From positions 1-36,804 of the forward strand of contig JAZQUX010000116.1 of the NCBI GenBank assembly GCA_045631585.1: a stretch of 36,804 bases of DNA, written 5' to 3'. The notes under the pieces were generated by a model. It was not told the DNA's origin and made no database searches. It saw only the letters and a program-made list of their open reading frames with translations. This DNA comes from Eubacteriales bacterium (lineage in GTDB: Bacteria; Bacillota; Clostridia; Oscillospirales; CAG-272). Both the position numbers and the translations under genes were made by a program. This document shows, piece by piece, positions 15,904 to 26,368 of this stretch (its first letter is position 1; each line of letters opens with the position of its first letter).

Positions 15904-16488
15904 TTATGCGGTTACTGCCGGCTCTTTGACCGACTCAAACCACGCCTTGATCGTTGTCTGATCCGCACCCTCTGCATCCTCATCCATCTTGTACTGATGG
16001 TAGTGATGGCCGTCCGCCGCCTTTTTGATCTGATCGGAAAACGTACCTGTCGCCGTTGGTGTGGTGTAGGTGATCGCATCGCCCTTTGTCTGCACGTTTT
16101 CACCGGGCGGCGCAAATACCACATGCAAAAGCCATGTATAGCGGTATTTACCGTTTGCCTTCAGCGCACGGAAGCCAATTGCGATCGGCTCCGGGAGCTT
16201 GTCTCCGGCATAACCGATGCCGCCCTTGGAATCCTTGACCGCGCCGAAGATATCGACCAGCGCCTCGTCAGAGATGTCCGCAAGGTTGATCGTGATCGTA
16301 CCGTTGGAAAAGGATTTGTTCGCGTAGTACGCGCGATTGTCTGCCGCAAGCATCGCTTCCGCAATGTTCTTGGCAATGTCGACCGAGATTGCTCCGGCCA
16401 TCTTTTTCGGCGTGTCGTATACCTCATCGGCATCGTCCGCGCTCGTGATCTTGGCGTAGTACATCTCGTCAAGTCCGATTGTTGCCAT
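15904..16488 (-). CDS. Major tail protein (phi13-like)
   Basis: MATIGLD..YYAKI, AIGFRALKANGKYRYTWL, TKGDAITY motifs. Confidence 0.92.
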   Translation of the reverse strand: MATIGLDEMYYAKITSADDADEVYDTPKKMAGAISVDIAKNIAEAMLAADNRAYYANKSFSNGTITINLADISDEALVDIFGAVKDSKGGIGYAGDKLPEPIAIGFRALKANGKYRYTWLLHVVFAPPGENVQTKGDAITYTTPTATGTFSDQIKKAADGHHYHQYKMDEDAEGADQTTIKAWFESVKEPAVTA

Positions 16489-16946
16489 TATGTGGTGCCT
16501 CCAATCTGTTGTGATACCAGCCGCTCCACGGTTTCCCGCATCGCCTGCTGTGCTCTTTGCTTGTTTTTATTGACCGCATTCTGTGCAAAATGCGTTGCTT
16601 TGATTTCACGGTTTTCCGACAGCTTCGCGCCCGAGTTCAGCGACCGTGCGATCAGCTGATACGGTACGCGCCTGTCTCCTACCGTCTGATAGCCATCAAA
16701 ACCAAGGTGTACCGTGTAATTAAAATTTCTATCCTGCTTAAACGGTGTGATACCAAATGCATTGATCAGCGCATCGCGCCGTTTGTCCTTGATCACGCCC
16801 GTCAGCTCGTCCTTCATCGCATCCGCGTAGATCTTCGCGCCGACATACAGCGCCTGACGCGCGATATCATCTGTCATCCCCGCGATTTTTTGCAGAGACT
16901 CCGCAAACGCATCAAACGGATCACGCATAAAGATTGCAGTTGCCAC
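16488..16946 (-). CDS. Tail completion / neck protein (HK97 gp10-like)
   Basis: Position and the IARSLNSG...THFAQNAV motif. Confidence 0.7.
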   Translation of the reverse strand: MATAIFMRDPFDAFAESLQKIAGMTDDIARQALYVGAKIYADAMKDELTGVIKDKRRDALINAFGITPFKQDRNFNYTVHLGFDGYQTVGDRRVPYQLIARSLNSGAKLSENREIKATHFAQNAVNKNKQRAQQAMRETVERLVSQQIGGTT

Positions 16947-17277
16947 AGCTCACCTCAAAGTTGTATGTATACACCGTCTGTCCGGTCTCGTAGTCATATC
17001 CGATTCCGGACAGATTGCAGATGATCCCGACGCCTGCAAATGCGTTTGTGATCGCATCTGCCGTCGCGTCGTACTCCTCCGCGGTGTAATACAGGATCTC
17101 TCCGGACACCGCCGCATATTTGCACCTGTTGTCACCATGCATGCGCATGTCAACTCCGGTCTCGCCCCATACGACGTATTTGTCCGGCTTGCTTGCCGGT
17201 GCCTCATAATGATATACATCATCAAGCACCGACAGCAGGGTGTCTCTCACGTTAAGCACGTTCAAGTTTAACACCAA
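16921..17277 (-). CDS. Tail terminator-like protein
   Basis: 118 aa in the neck cluster; VYHY.AP...YVVW.E and YDYETG motifs. Confidence 0.7.
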   Translation of the reverse strand: MVLNLNVLNVRDTLLSVLDDVYHYEAPASKPDKYVVWGETGVDMRMHGDNRCKYAAVSGEILYYTAEEYDATADAITNAFAGVGIICNLSGIGYDYETGQTVYTYNFEVSCGNCNLYA

Positions 17278-17608
17278 TCCTTTCCAAGGTCAGATCCATG
17301 CAGTCCATCCCCGCGTCATCGTCCCGGACGTACTGCGCCTGCAGGATCCGGTATTTCATGCCGTCGCGGGACAGCTCACAAAGATCGTCCGCGTGTATGC
17401 CTACCGCCGGATCATCCGGACGCGCAATGCGCACCAGCATGTCCACGCGGTCGTTTGCCTGTTTTGCCGTGTAATAACGGCTCATACCGACCGTTCTCTC
17501 ACCGTAGGGAGACCTGTAGATCTCCACGGTGTGTGCGCTCGGTCTGTTTCCCGGTTCCGCTTCCGCCGATCTCCGCAGGATGACGGCAATACCCATATCA
17601 AGTAGCAT
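17252..17608 (-). CDS. Head closure / head-tail adaptor
   Basis: ERTVGMSRYYTAKQAN...YRILQAQ; start at ATG 17608 after GGAGGAG. Confidence 0.75.
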   Translation of the reverse strand: MLLDMGIAVILRRSAEAEPGNRPSAHTVEIYRSPYGERTVGMSRYYTAKQANDRVDMLVRIARPDDPAVGIHADDLCELSRDGMKYRILQAQYVRDDDAGMDCMDLTLERIGVKLERA

Positions 17609-17873
17609 TGCGCTCCTCCTGCAGCCAGCGCTCCCGGATGGCAAGTCTCAGCCATTCCGGCATTCCGGTCTGCTTGTCGCGTGCGCTGTACCTCCAGCAC
17701 ACGACATCGACCAGCAGCATGGCATCATCCGCCGTATCTGTCAGATGGATCCCTTTGCGTTCAAGATCGCCTTTGCAAGCGCGGATGCGGTCGATCAGCT
17801 GCTCATCGAGCATGGATGTGTGTGAGCGGTCAAGCCGCGCTTTGCACATCGCAAGGATCTTTGCATCGTGCAT
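17598..17873 (-). CDS. Head-tail connector (gp6-like)
   Basis: 91 aa helical ORF directly after the capsid gene. Confidence 0.8.
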   Translation of the reverse strand: MHDAKILAMCKARLDRSHTSMLDEQLIDRIRACKGDLERKGIHLTDTADDAMLLVDVVCWRYSARDKQTGMPEWLRLAIRERWLQEERNAT

Positions 17874-17891
17874 GGCCCAACCGCCCCTCTC

Positions 17892-19316
17892 TTACTGATT
17901 TGCCTTGTCCGCCGCAAAATCGATGGACGTGGTCGGTTCGGTGCCGTGGATGCCCATGATGACAAATGCTTCCGCGATGACGGGTTCGCCGTCCATTCTT
18001 GCGGTTCCCTTGATGACCGTCTGATCCTCGATAAAGCGGACATGCTCGGAGGATTCGATCGCGGTACCTGCGCGCTCTGCAAGCAGATACTTGGATCCGT
18101 AGCCAAAGCCGATGTTGTTGTCCGGCATAAAGTCGAGGATTTCGATCTGACCGCCGACGACGGGCATCTGCATGTTCATACCGGAGACGATCGCGCCTGC
18201 GGAGTTAAACGTGATCAGCTCTGCCATCAGAGAACCGTAGGTTGCCTCATTCATAACCCAGAATTTACCGTTGCCGTTCTTCGCCTTCGCCGCGGATGCC
18301 GCCTTGACGATCGCCGCGATCAGCTTGGAACCGGTCGCCTCCGCTACGGTGACAACGTTGGTTGCGGTAAGATTCTTCCACGCTCTCGCGGTCGCGGACG
18401 CATCGGAAGGCTCCTCGGCCTGCGCAAGACGAGTTACAAAGCCCATCGGCATCTTGGTTCCCTTACCGTATACGATCGCCTTGTCGACTGCGTAGCCGAT
18501 CGCCTGGCCGAGTGCGTCAATGATGACGGTCGCAAGGTTGATATCGCTGTCATCGAGAACCGCATTGCAGATCGCGATGTAGCCGCCGACCTTGTAGCCG
18601 TCAACCTCGACAGCGGAGAAATCAAGTGCAAGCTCGTTGAGTTTCTTGCACATTTCAGTCCATACAGCTTCCGGGATGTCGCCCATGATGGTCTGACGTG
18701 CGGTGCCGCCGACGCGCTGTACGTTGACATGCTTCATCAGCTTGGAGTTACGGTTGACGTTGTCGCGGATCAGCGGCAAAACAACTTCGGGGATCAGCAG
18801 TTCCTGTCCGGTGACAGCGCGGGTCTGACCGACCGTGCGGCCGATGGTTCTGACATTGGCAAGCCAGCCCTTGACATCTTCACGTGCAAAAAATGCATCG
18901 CGGCGTTCGGGAGACATACCGAAAAAGTCTCTGTTTTCCATGTTTGTGTTACCTCCATTCTGTGCATCCGCAGTGGTTGCGGGTGCAGGTGTTGATCTGT
19001 TTTTGATTTCCTCAAGCGCAGTGCGCTTTTCTGCGATTTCCGCATCGATCTCCGTCAGACGCTGATTGGTGCGCTCTTCCTCGGCGCGGATTTCGTTGTC
19101 TTCCGCTTCGATCGCCGCCGCTTCCGTATCAAACGCTTCGCGCTCATCCTGCGGCGTGTTTTCGTTGATTTCGGCAAATGCCGCTTCGGCCGCAGCCTCT
19201 CTTGCCTGCCAAGCCGTGCGTCGCGCCGAAACGTTTGTGATTTCTGCCATCAGATCGGTTCTCTGCTGTTCCAGCTTTGCGATCTGCTGTGCAAGCAAAA
19301 TCTGTCTTAATGCCAT
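17892..19316 (-). CDS. Major capsid protein, HK97 fold with an N-terminal coiled-coil scaffold
   Basis: LLIPE, AVWTE, WVMN and FIEDQTVIKGTARMDG motifs. Confidence 0.96.
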   Translation of the reverse strand: MALRQILLAQQIAKLEQQRTDLMAEITNVSARRTAWQAREAAAEAAFAEINENTPQDEREAFDTEAAAIEAEDNEIRAEEERTNQRLTEIDAEIAEKRTALEEIKNRSTPAPATTADAQNGGNTNMENRDFFGMSPERRDAFFAREDVKGWLANVRTIGRTVGQTRAVTGQELLIPEVVLPLIRDNVNRNSKLMKHVNVQRVGGTARQTIMGDIPEAVWTEMCKKLNELALDFSAVEVDGYKVGGYIAICNAVLDDSDINLATVIIDALGQAIGYAVDKAIVYGKGTKMPMGFVTRLAQAEEPSDASATARAWKNLTATNVVTVAEATGSKLIAAIVKAASAAKAKNGNGKFWVMNEATYGSLMAELITFNSAGAIVSGMNMQMPVVGGQIEILDFMPDNNIGFGYGSKYLLAERAGTAIESSEHVRFIEDQTVIKGTARMDGEPVIAEAFVIMGIHGTEPTTSIDFAADKANQ

Positions 19317-19873
19317 TTTGCAAACCTCGCTTCGTTTTTGATTTTGAATGCGTCAAACTGACGCTTTTTGATGTTCTCCGCTTCTGCCTTTCGGGCAGAA
19401 AGTGAAGTCTCCTCATACGCCGGGAAGGTACACGGGCTGACCTCGTACAGCTTTGTGCGCTTGACCGTCCAGTGGATGGTACCATCCTCACGGTACTCCG
19501 TTTCCTCTTCGAGGATGTCGAAGCCGAAGGAACACTGATCGACATCTCCGCGCTGTACACGCTCCCAAAGGTTCGTTGCGTCCGTGTCATGTTCATTGAT
19601 GCGGATGCGTCCCCACAGACCGTGATCGTCAACACGCAGTTCCAGCGTACCCGACTTGGTACGGCCGAGAACCAGCGTCGTGTCGTGATTGATCAGCGCG
19701 CGCACGTCATCGTTTGCGACAGCTTCATCAAACGCATGCGGATCAATCGATTCCGTCGCACCGTTCCACAGCTGATAGTTCGACCCGAACACCGAGAAAT
19801 ACCCCTCAAGATATTTCGCACCGTCTGTCTCTGCCGCACGGAACTGTGTTGCAAGTGACCGTCTCTCCATCAC
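19307..19873 (-). CDS. Prohead protease (HK97 family)
   Basis: ALINHD...LGRT, DQCSFGF and LYEVSPCTFPAY motifs. Confidence 0.96.
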   Translation of the reverse strand: MMERRSLATQFRAAETDGAKYLEGYFSVFGSNYQLWNGATESIDPHAFDEAVANDDVRALINHDTTLVLGRTKSGTLELRVDDHGLWGRIRINEHDTDATNLWERVQRGDVDQCSFGFDILEEETEYREDGTIHWTVKRTKLYEVSPCTFPAYEETSLSARKAEAENIKKRQFDAFKIKNEARFAKWH

Positions 19874-21093
19874 TCATCACCTCCCGTCTGTATCAGTTTC
19901 TTTTGATCGCCGAGCTTGTCGGCGGGAATGTAGTTTTCGAGGGCAATGATTTCCTCCATGTCCTCGCGCGGGTCGAGCGTCATCCAGTCGCGCCATTCGT
20001 TTCTTGTCATAGCGAGCGACTGTACCATCGCCTGTCCCGCCTGTACCAGCTCCGCGAGCTTGTAGTTGTACAGACTGCGCGGGTTGAACTTGAAATACCA
20101 ATCCTTCGAGATCAGAAGCTTACGTGTCATTTCCTGCTGCAGGATCTGCGCTTTGCCCATGATCTTTGTGTTGACGAAATTGTTGTACTCGTCCTCGTTG
20201 TAGGTGCCGACACCCACAAGAAACGGCGGCACTCCAAACATCGCCGCGACTGCGCGCTTGTCAAGCTCAAGGTTGCCTCTGATCGCAAGATCTGTGATGG
20301 ACAGCGGCTTGACCGTCTCCACGGAAAACGCCTCGGCCGGGATCATCCACGGCTCACCGTTTTCCGATGCGTCGATATACTGATTTCGCAGTTTTTTCCG
20401 TCCCTCGGACGACTGGAAATCCTCCGACAAACCGTCAACCTTGACGATGATCGACGGTGCGGGCGACTGCATCAGCTTGCGCTTGGTCTCTCCGGCCTGC
20501 GCAATGCATGCAATCGTATCTTTCAGCGCGACACGCATTCCCGTTCCGATCCACGGCTTCTCGGGATCCGGCCTGTCGACAAAGTGCAGCACCTCTGACG
20601 GATCGATCACGTGGCCGTTGATGACGATGTCATACATGGCCGCGCCACGGTCACGGAAGGATACCTGCGATGCAGGTACCGGGATCATGTCCCCGATGTA
20701 CTGTCCGCCCGGCTCTGTCTCGACGATCGTGACCTGATTTCCGTCTCCCGACAGCATCATCGTCTGCACGATGGAGTAGATCCATTGCTTTCGCGTCATG
20801 TTCCGGCACGGCTCAATGTCAACGCGGCGCGACAGCTCATTGACCACGCGCTTGTCACCGTTGGCTGTGTTCTCCATCAGCCGGATTGTCATGGACGAGA
20901 TCAGATCCGCATATGCATTGACACATGCGATCACTTCCGGACACTTGTCCAGTGTCCGGTATCCGTTTCCACAGAAAAAGTCATATCCCGTTTTGTCCGT
21001 CAGAAACACAGCCCCGCGTTTTTCGGGTGCATCCCTCTCCCTGATTCCGGCTTTGCCTCGGTTGGCGTTCACCGCTTTCCCAAACAGATTCAT
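19870..21093 (-). CDS. Portal protein (HK97 family)
   Basis: VIACVNAYADLISSM, EVLHF, AAMFGVPPFLVG and MTRNEWR motifs. Confidence 0.96.
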   Translation of the reverse strand: MNLFGKAVNANRGKAGIRERDAPEKRGAVFLTDKTGYDFFCGNGYRTLDKCPEVIACVNAYADLISSMTIRLMENTANGDKRVVNELSRRVDIEPCRNMTRKQWIYSIVQTMMLSGDGNQVTIVETEPGGQYIGDMIPVPASQVSFRDRGAAMYDIVINGHVIDPSEVLHFVDRPDPEKPWIGTGMRVALKDTIACIAQAGETKRKLMQSPAPSIIVKVDGLSEDFQSSEGRKKLRNQYIDASENGEPWMIPAEAFSVETVKPLSITDLAIRGNLELDKRAVAAMFGVPPFLVGVGTYNEDEYNNFVNTKIMGKAQILQQEMTRKLLISKDWYFKFNPRSLYNYKLAELVQAGQAMVQSLAMTRNEWRDWMTLDPREDMEEIIALENYIPADKLGDQKKLIQTGGDE

Positions 21094-22868
21094 TACTCAA
21101 GCCACTCCTTGTCTCTCTCTGATTTTTCCATGCACTCCAGCATTCGTATGCATGCGAACACCGCCGCATCAAATACGTCGATGCGCAGATTCGGCATGAT
21201 TTTCTCGTACTGGATCATATCGTCCGTCTTCTCGATAGCCTTGACATTCATGACGCAGTATTCAAACGGTTCCGCGTGCAGATAGTAAAGCTTTCCGGCT
21301 TTTGCCTTTGCCTCGATGTGTCGGAATCCCTCGGATTTTTTGTAAAAATACTGCGGCTGGTCTATGATCTTAAATCCTGCTTTTTTCATGCCGAGAAAAT
21401 ATTCGCGGCAGAATTTCCGGTCATGACCGACCTGCGCGATCTTGTATCCCTCTCGTCTGCGGTTGACAAACCAGTTGACGATATCGGCGTGGTTGACGGT
21501 CTCGTCGTTTGACATATCGAGCCACCCGTCATCTCTCCATCCGAACAGCGGTATATTGTCCTCGTCCGCCTTCTGCACGGCGGCCGTGATCGGGAACCAG
21601 CAATGCGGTATGATGATATCGACATCGTTGTATGTCCCGTACAAGGCCGTCGCGGAAAGGTCATGCATCTTCGACAGGTCAGCACCGCCGTACCATTTGA
21701 TTGGCATCCGCAGAAGCTCGTCAAGCGTCCAGTTGTACGCCCGGTCGGATTTCTGAAACTCCTTGATGTTAAAATACGCACGCATCGACTGCGTGTACAC
21801 GTTCAAGGATTTCGCGAGGAAGTCTTTTCTTTGCTGAGGGTCGTTCTGCGCTTCCAGCGACTGTGCCAGGATGTCCGCAGGTCTGATCGTGATCCCGTAG
21901 TTCGGATTCGCGATCTCGTGCTGATACGGATTGGTAAAGTCGACGTTTCCGTTTTCGTCCTCCTCTGCGCGGCAGATGAAGATAAAAAGCTGTTCCGCAA
22001 ATCCGTCTTCCGTTTCCGCTTCAAGGATTCTGACACACATCTGAAGTCTCTTGTAACAAAAGCTCGTCATGTCATCGCCGGCAGTAGAGATACCGACAAC
22101 CAGCTTATTTGTGTATGCCTTTGTTGCTTCGCGGATGATGTTGTACTGCTTGGCACGTTTCAGCGCGTGAAGCTCGTCGATGATCGCAATGTTGCAGTTC
22201 AGCGAGTCCTGCGTATCAGGATTTGCCGCCAGCGCCTCGATGTAAACAGATCCTCCCGCGACATCTTTGTTTTCGATCGAATGCGACATGTTGTTGTCGA
22301 GGATCCGCCAGCCTTCGTCCTGCGCCTCTTTTTTGCCGCAGTAGATATTCTGCGTAAGGTTGTCCGAGATATCGTTGTATGACTGCATCGCCTGCTTCAG
22401 CGACGCGGCCGCGATGTAGATGACCGCACCCGATCTTGCAGAGAGCAGTGCAAGAGACCATGCAAGCGCAGCAACAAACATCGTCTTGCCGTTTTTTCGC
22501 GGAATAAAGATAAACGCTTCTTTGATTCGCCTCTCCGAAGATCCGTGGACGTAGAATATCAGGATTCCATAGACGATAAACTTTTCCCACGGCTCTAGGA
22601 GAAGCGGCGTACCTTTCAGCGGTGTGCCGTCCAGCCGCTCTCCTTGTCTGTGCGTAAACGATGTCTCGATCGTTGTGATGACATAGTCCGCTTCCGCGCA
22701 GTCAACGTCCCATTTCCCGGATCGCAGATCACGCACAAACCGCTTGCATGCCTGCCGCAGCTCCTTGCATGCGTTTTTTCTTCCCGAGACTACCGCGTCA
22801 ACGTATTCCCGTACCTCGTTCCAATATGTCCCGCCGATCTCAATGTCAGCGATTTCCGACGAAGCCAT
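21093..22868 (-). CDS. terL: Terminase large subunit
   Basis: Walker A PRKNGKT, Walker B IIDELH, ISTAG, GADLS..DL and RIDVFDA. Confidence 0.97.
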   Translation of the reverse strand: MASSEIADIEIGGTYWNEVREYVDAVVSGRKNACKELRQACKRFVRDLRSGKWDVDCAEADYVITTIETSFTHRQGERLDGTPLKGTPLLLEPWEKFIVYGILIFYVHGSSERRIKEAFIFIPRKNGKTMFVAALAWSLALLSARSGAVIYIAAASLKQAMQSYNDISDNLTQNIYCGKKEAQDEGWRILDNNMSHSIENKDVAGGSVYIEALAANPDTQDSLNCNIAIIDELHALKRAKQYNIIREATKAYTNKLVVGISTAGDDMTSFCYKRLQMCVRILEAETEDGFAEQLFIFICRAEEDENGNVDFTNPYQHEIANPNYGITIRPADILAQSLEAQNDPQQRKDFLAKSLNVYTQSMRAYFNIKEFQKSDRAYNWTLDELLRMPIKWYGGADLSKMHDLSATALYGTYNDVDIIIPHCWFPITAAVQKADEDNIPLFGWRDDGWLDMSNDETVNHADIVNWFVNRRREGYKIAQVGHDRKFCREYFLGMKKAGFKIIDQPQYFYKKSEGFRHIEAKAKAGKLYYLHAEPFEYCVMNVKAIEKTDDMIQYEKIMPNLRIDVFDAAVFACIRMLECMEKSERDKEWLE

Positions 22869-23196
22869 TCAGCAGCCTGTCTTTCTTTGATTCGTCCGGA
22901 GGTTTTTCAAACGCGCCCTCTCTCAGCCGGAGCAGACCGCCCGGCGTCAGACCCAGCGCATTTTCGATGGCAAGCATATCGCGCCTCAGCGACTCCAGCG
23001 TCGTCACAAGAGGATTTTTCTTCTCTCCCTGCGCTCCATGCACCGTGCAGGGATACCCTTCGTCCGCATACCGTTTGTTCAGCTCGTTATACTCTTTGCG
23101 CATGCCGACATACCGCACAATCGTGTCATCAAACTCCGGTTTATACACACCGATCGCCTTCATGCGATCAACAACTTTTTTCTTCGATACCGCCAC
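22846..23196 (-). CDS. terS: Terminase small subunit (P27-like)
   Basis: KKNPLV...ALGLTP motif; probable GTG start at 23196 after GGAGGTG. Confidence 0.9.
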   Translation of the reverse strand: MAVSKKKVVDRMKAIGVYKPEFDDTIVRYVGMRKEYNELNKRYADEGYPCTVHGAQGEKKNPLVTTLESLRRDMLAIENALGLTPGGLLRLREGAFEKPPDESKKDRLLNGFVGNR

Positions 23197-23282
23197 CAAA
23201 ATCACCTCCAAACTTTTTTTGTTTCACGCGCGTGCGAGACCGGGGAGGGAAAGAGTTACCCTCGCCATTTGAGGCGCGACGC

Positions 23283-23531
23283 CTATTCTACACGCCGACC
23301 GGGGCGGGTACCACCCTTCTCCGGATGCATCACATTGTGACACGCTTCGCATAAACTTTGCAGATTCGTCAGATCGTACGCCCGCTCCGGCTTGACCTCA
23401 ACCGGTTCGATGTGATGTACCAGCTTTGCCTCTCGTTTACGCCCGTACCTCAGGCATCTTTGGCACAGATACTTGTCACGCCGCTTGGCCTTTTCCGCCA
23501 GTTTGATCCACCGATAACTCGTGTAGTCCAA
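23283..23531 (-). CDS. Packaging-associated HNH endonuclease
   Basis: RDKYLCQRC...VHHI...NLQSLCEACHNVMHPEKG; directly upstream of terS, as in cos phages. The cos site is probably near 23210-23320. Confidence 0.92.
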   Translation of the reverse strand: MDYTSYRWIKLAEKAKRRDKYLCQRCLRYGRKREAKLVHHIEPVEVKPERAYDLTNLQSLCEACHNVMHPEKGGTRPGRRVE

Positions 23532-23635
23532 TGCATCACACCCCCAATCGTTTGCAAATCTCACCCGCCATCCGCCCTGCGTCAATTACACCGACGCCCC
23601 ATCTGTGCACTATTGTATCACAAACGCATAGCAAA

Positions 23636-23986
23636 CTACTCGCATCTTTTCTTTGCACATGATTTTTTGCGTGGTTTTTTCAAAAGCCCCGCGTTTTCTG
23701 CCCATAAACGCCGCGCTTTGTCGAGCGTTCTCCACACCTGCGACTGCGACAGATGCATCTCATACGCGCACCGTGTTGTGACTGCACCGCGCTTTTTGTG
23801 CGGCAGATGCCCAAGAGGTGACATGTATACCGTCCGCACGATCCTCTCCTCCTGCGCATTGAGGCAGAGTAGTGTCTTTTTGACGGCTTTCCCGCGTTTT
23901 GCCGAGATCACGCCGCCCTCACGCTCGATCGCCGCAAACTCTGCAAACGCATCCAGTGCGTCATCGAAATAGAACTCCTTGATCAC
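23636..23986 (-). CDS. Late transcriptional regulator (RinA/ArpU-like)
   Basis: Last early gene before the packaging module; C-terminal HTH CAYEMHLSQSQVWRTLDKARRLWA. Confidence 0.7.
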   Translation of the reverse strand: MIKEFYFDDALDAFAEFAAIEREGGVISAKRGKAVKKTLLCLNAQEERIVRTVYMSPLGHLPHKKRGAVTTRCAYEMHLSQSQVWRTLDKARRLWAENAGLLKKPRKKSCAKKRCE

Positions 23987-24912
23987 TTGCTCATCTCCTC
24001 CCGCGCCGCAGCTCTCGCAGGCGCGCTGAAATACTCCTCGCAATCGTCCGCGTCATACCGTCTCTCCTCCGGCCGCAGACTGTTCCACGGATACTCATCC
24101 CCCGGATGACCTCCCCGTGTTGTCGCCCATCCCGCTACCGCAGCATTGACGCGCAGTAGCCGCATATGTAAGTAATACCCCTTGTCGTACGGATTGTATT
24201 TGCATGTCCACCCGTCAACGATCTTGAACCCCGGAAACAGATCCTGCATCTGCGCTCTTGTCAGATTGTTTGCATACAGATCCTCGCACACCGATCTCGT
24301 CAGCGTCCGATTGATTCTGCGTGCCTCCGCGTCCTCATCGGGAAGCGGCTCCGGTCTGATCAGATTTTTCGATGTCGTGAACGATCGCTCCCAGCGTTCT
24401 GCCTTTTTTGCTGTATACACCGCAAGATCAGAGTATCCGTTTTCGGAAAATTCGAGGTGCTCCGCAAAGCACCTCTTACTGTTTTTCCAAGCCGACAGGA
24501 TCACGTCCCTCGCCACACCTCCCGATACGATCAGATGGTGATGCGTTCTGCCGGTCTCACATCCGCGCTCCGTCGAGTAGATGTACCGCAGGATCGCACC
24601 CGCCTTCTTGTAGATCGCTCGAAGCCGTCTGATAAAGTTCTGCACGTTGCGCTTTGCCTCATCCATCGTGTCAGGATACATGCCGTCATCGTAGTCCAGC
24701 GACATCATCCATGACGACCTGTCGAAGTTGAGATTGACCAGCCTCGACACCTCCCGCATCTTGCGCCGTCTGTTGACCCGCTCCTGTGCTTGGGTCGTCG
24801 GGCGCCAAGCTGCCCTCCGACCCTTTCCGATTTTCTTCATCGGATATGCATCGATCTCGACCATCTCCCCGAGATCATATGCAAGTGCTCTTGTCCTGGT
24901 CTGTCTGCTCAC
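23983..24912 (-). CDS. HUH-endonuclease rolling-circle-type replication initiator
   Basis: Motif I MSLDY, NFIRRLR, motif II RTHHHLIV, motif III LAVYTAK. Confidence 0.8.
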   Translation of the reverse strand: MSRQTRTRALAYDLGEMVEIDAYPMKKIGKGRRAAWRPTTQAQERVNRRRKMREVSRLVNLNFDRSSWMMSLDYDDGMYPDTMDEAKRNVQNFIRRLRAIYKKAGAILRYIYSTERGCETGRTHHHLIVSGGVARDVILSAWKNSKRCFAEHLEFSENGYSDLAVYTAKKAERWERSFTTSKNLIRPEPLPDEDAEARRINRTLTRSVCEDLYANNLTRAQMQDLFPGFKIVDGWTCKYNPYDKGYYLHMRLLRVNAAVAGWATTRGGHPGDEYPWNSLRPEERRYDADDCEEYFSAPARAAAREEMSK

Positions 24913-25012
24913 GTTTTTGCTCTCCTTTATATATAGGATTTATCGTCGACTTGTTAATAGTTCATCCAAGTTCCGGAGCGGCACCGAAGCCGCTCCATTT
25001 TTATGCGTTGTT

Positions 25013-25558
25013 TTACTCGTTTTCCGTAGACCTTTTGGCACCCGCCAATTGCAGCAGTCTGTCCGCAAGCCCCTCTCCCGGCATGACCTCCGGTGTCAGC
25101 TCGTACGCCAGCAGTGCCACAAGGTACAGCCCCTCAAACACCGCAATGTATGTCTCTCCGCTCTCCCCGGCACGCAGGAAGAACCGCCATTCTGCCGCCG
25201 CAAGCGGTGACAGCTTATCATTGTCAAGCCAAAGAACACCGCCTCCGTCTGCATGAAACGCTACCATGTGTCGTCCGCCGACAATGATTGACACGGCATC
25301 AGGCTTCAGTTCTCGATCGTTTTCCGATGCATCAGCAACAAGAACCTCATCCGCAGGATTCATGGTAACGTCCCATTCGTCGCGCTTCGCCTTCGGCACG
25401 TCGAGATATGCAAGAAATTCCTCATTTTCCATCTGCGGCATACCGTCGATCAGATACAGCGCATTCACGAAATCGAAGAATTGCCGTCCGTCCTCAGCCG
25501 TCCATACATTCAATGTATTTGTGTTTTTCGCAATCGCATAGATTTTCTTTGCTTTCAT
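25013..25558 (-). CDS. Hypothetical protein upstream of Rep
   Basis: 181 aa ORF, ATGA-coupled to the upstream gene. Confidence 0.75.
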   Translation of the reverse strand: MKAKKIYAIAKNTNTLNVWTAEDGRQFFDFVNALYLIDGMPQMENEEFLAYLDVPKAKRDEWDVTMNPADEVLVADASENDRELKPDAVSIIVGGRHMVAFHADGGGVLWLDNDKLSPLAAAEWRFFLRAGESGETYIAVFEGLYLVALLAYELTPEVMPGEGLADRLLQLAGAKRSTENE

Positions 25559-25914
25559 GTTGTTCCACCCTCATCGATATAATTGTTTCTGAAAATCGCC
25601 CTGAAATCATCAACCGACCAGCCGTACCGCTTCATGGCGATCCTCTGTGCCTCGCGTCTGCTCACAATGTCAAGATCACGGTTCCTGTGGATGCCCATCA
25701 CGCCGCGATGACAGCTCCAACCGCATACGTACACCCAAAGACCGTACCTTTTGCTTTTGTTCCGGTTTTCACCACCGAAGATCTCGTGCCGCTCCAACGG
25801 ATCCGCTGTCCCGTTTCTTCCGCAGATCTTGCATTGATACTCATCCGTCCCCGGAATGATCGACGGTGCATATCCGTTGCGGTCAAGACGCACCCCGAAC
25901 TCGTTTTTACTCAT
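25555..25914 (-). CDS. Zn-binding HNH/Ref-like nuclease
   Basis: CKICG...LERHEIFGG...VCGWSCH...GIH. Confidence 0.7.
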   Translation of the reverse strand: MSKNEFGVRLDRNGYAPSIIPGTDEYQCKICGRNGTADPLERHEIFGGENRNKSKRYGLWVYVCGWSCHRGVMGIHRNRDLDIVSRREAQRIAMKRYGWSVDDFRAIFRNNYIDEGGTT

Positions 25915-26368
25915 TCTCTCGACTCCTTTCAAATTGACGCCCACAAGCAGGACAAAACCGCACAGGAACACGGTGGAATTCCTCTTTGTCCTCCGGCTGA
26001 TGTGTCCGCGCAAACACCCAAAAGATGTCCTTGTCGGCTTCCGTGATCCTCTCGCATACCTTGCACGGCGGTTTGTCCCCGACATTTATGTCGGTCACAT
26101 CATCGGGCTTCTGCTTTCGTTCGCCTTTCGCGCAGTAAAAACCCGGCGGCGGGATCATCCCGTTAAGATTCGGGCACCCCGTCCATTTGTTGTGCGGAAC
26201 GGCGCAGTCTTTACAGCGTACCACTTCCACGACATCCTCCTCAATATGTGAGTCGTTGATCAGATCTAAAAACTCATCGTCAACAACAGCCATGCGCGCT
26301 TCATGCGCTAAGGAAATCCTTTTCTGCGTGTCCGCGTATAGCGCATCCGCATCAATGTACCTCGGCAT
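25907..26368 (-). CDS. Hypothetical early protein (YIDAD...VEVVRCKDC Zn-ribbon type)
   Basis: 153 aa with CxxC pairs. Confidence 0.75.
   Translation of the reverse strand: MPRYIDADALYADTQKRISLAHEARMAVVDDEFLDLINDSHIEEDVVEVVRCKDCAVPHNKWTGCPNLNGMIPPPGFYCAKGERKQKPDDVTDINVGDKPPCKVCERITEADKDIFWVFARTHQPEDKEEFHRVPVRFCPACGRQFERSRENE

Noticed and set aside
10947-22382. Long plus-strand ORFs (e.g. 10947-12203, 14387-15340, 17868-18995)
   Set aside because: These are antisense shadows of well-supported structural genes, lacking RBSs or recognisable motifs.
23212-23320. Exact cos site
   Set aside because: It is expected here from the HNH-terS layout and GC-rich tracts, but the cut position cannot be determined from sequence alone.
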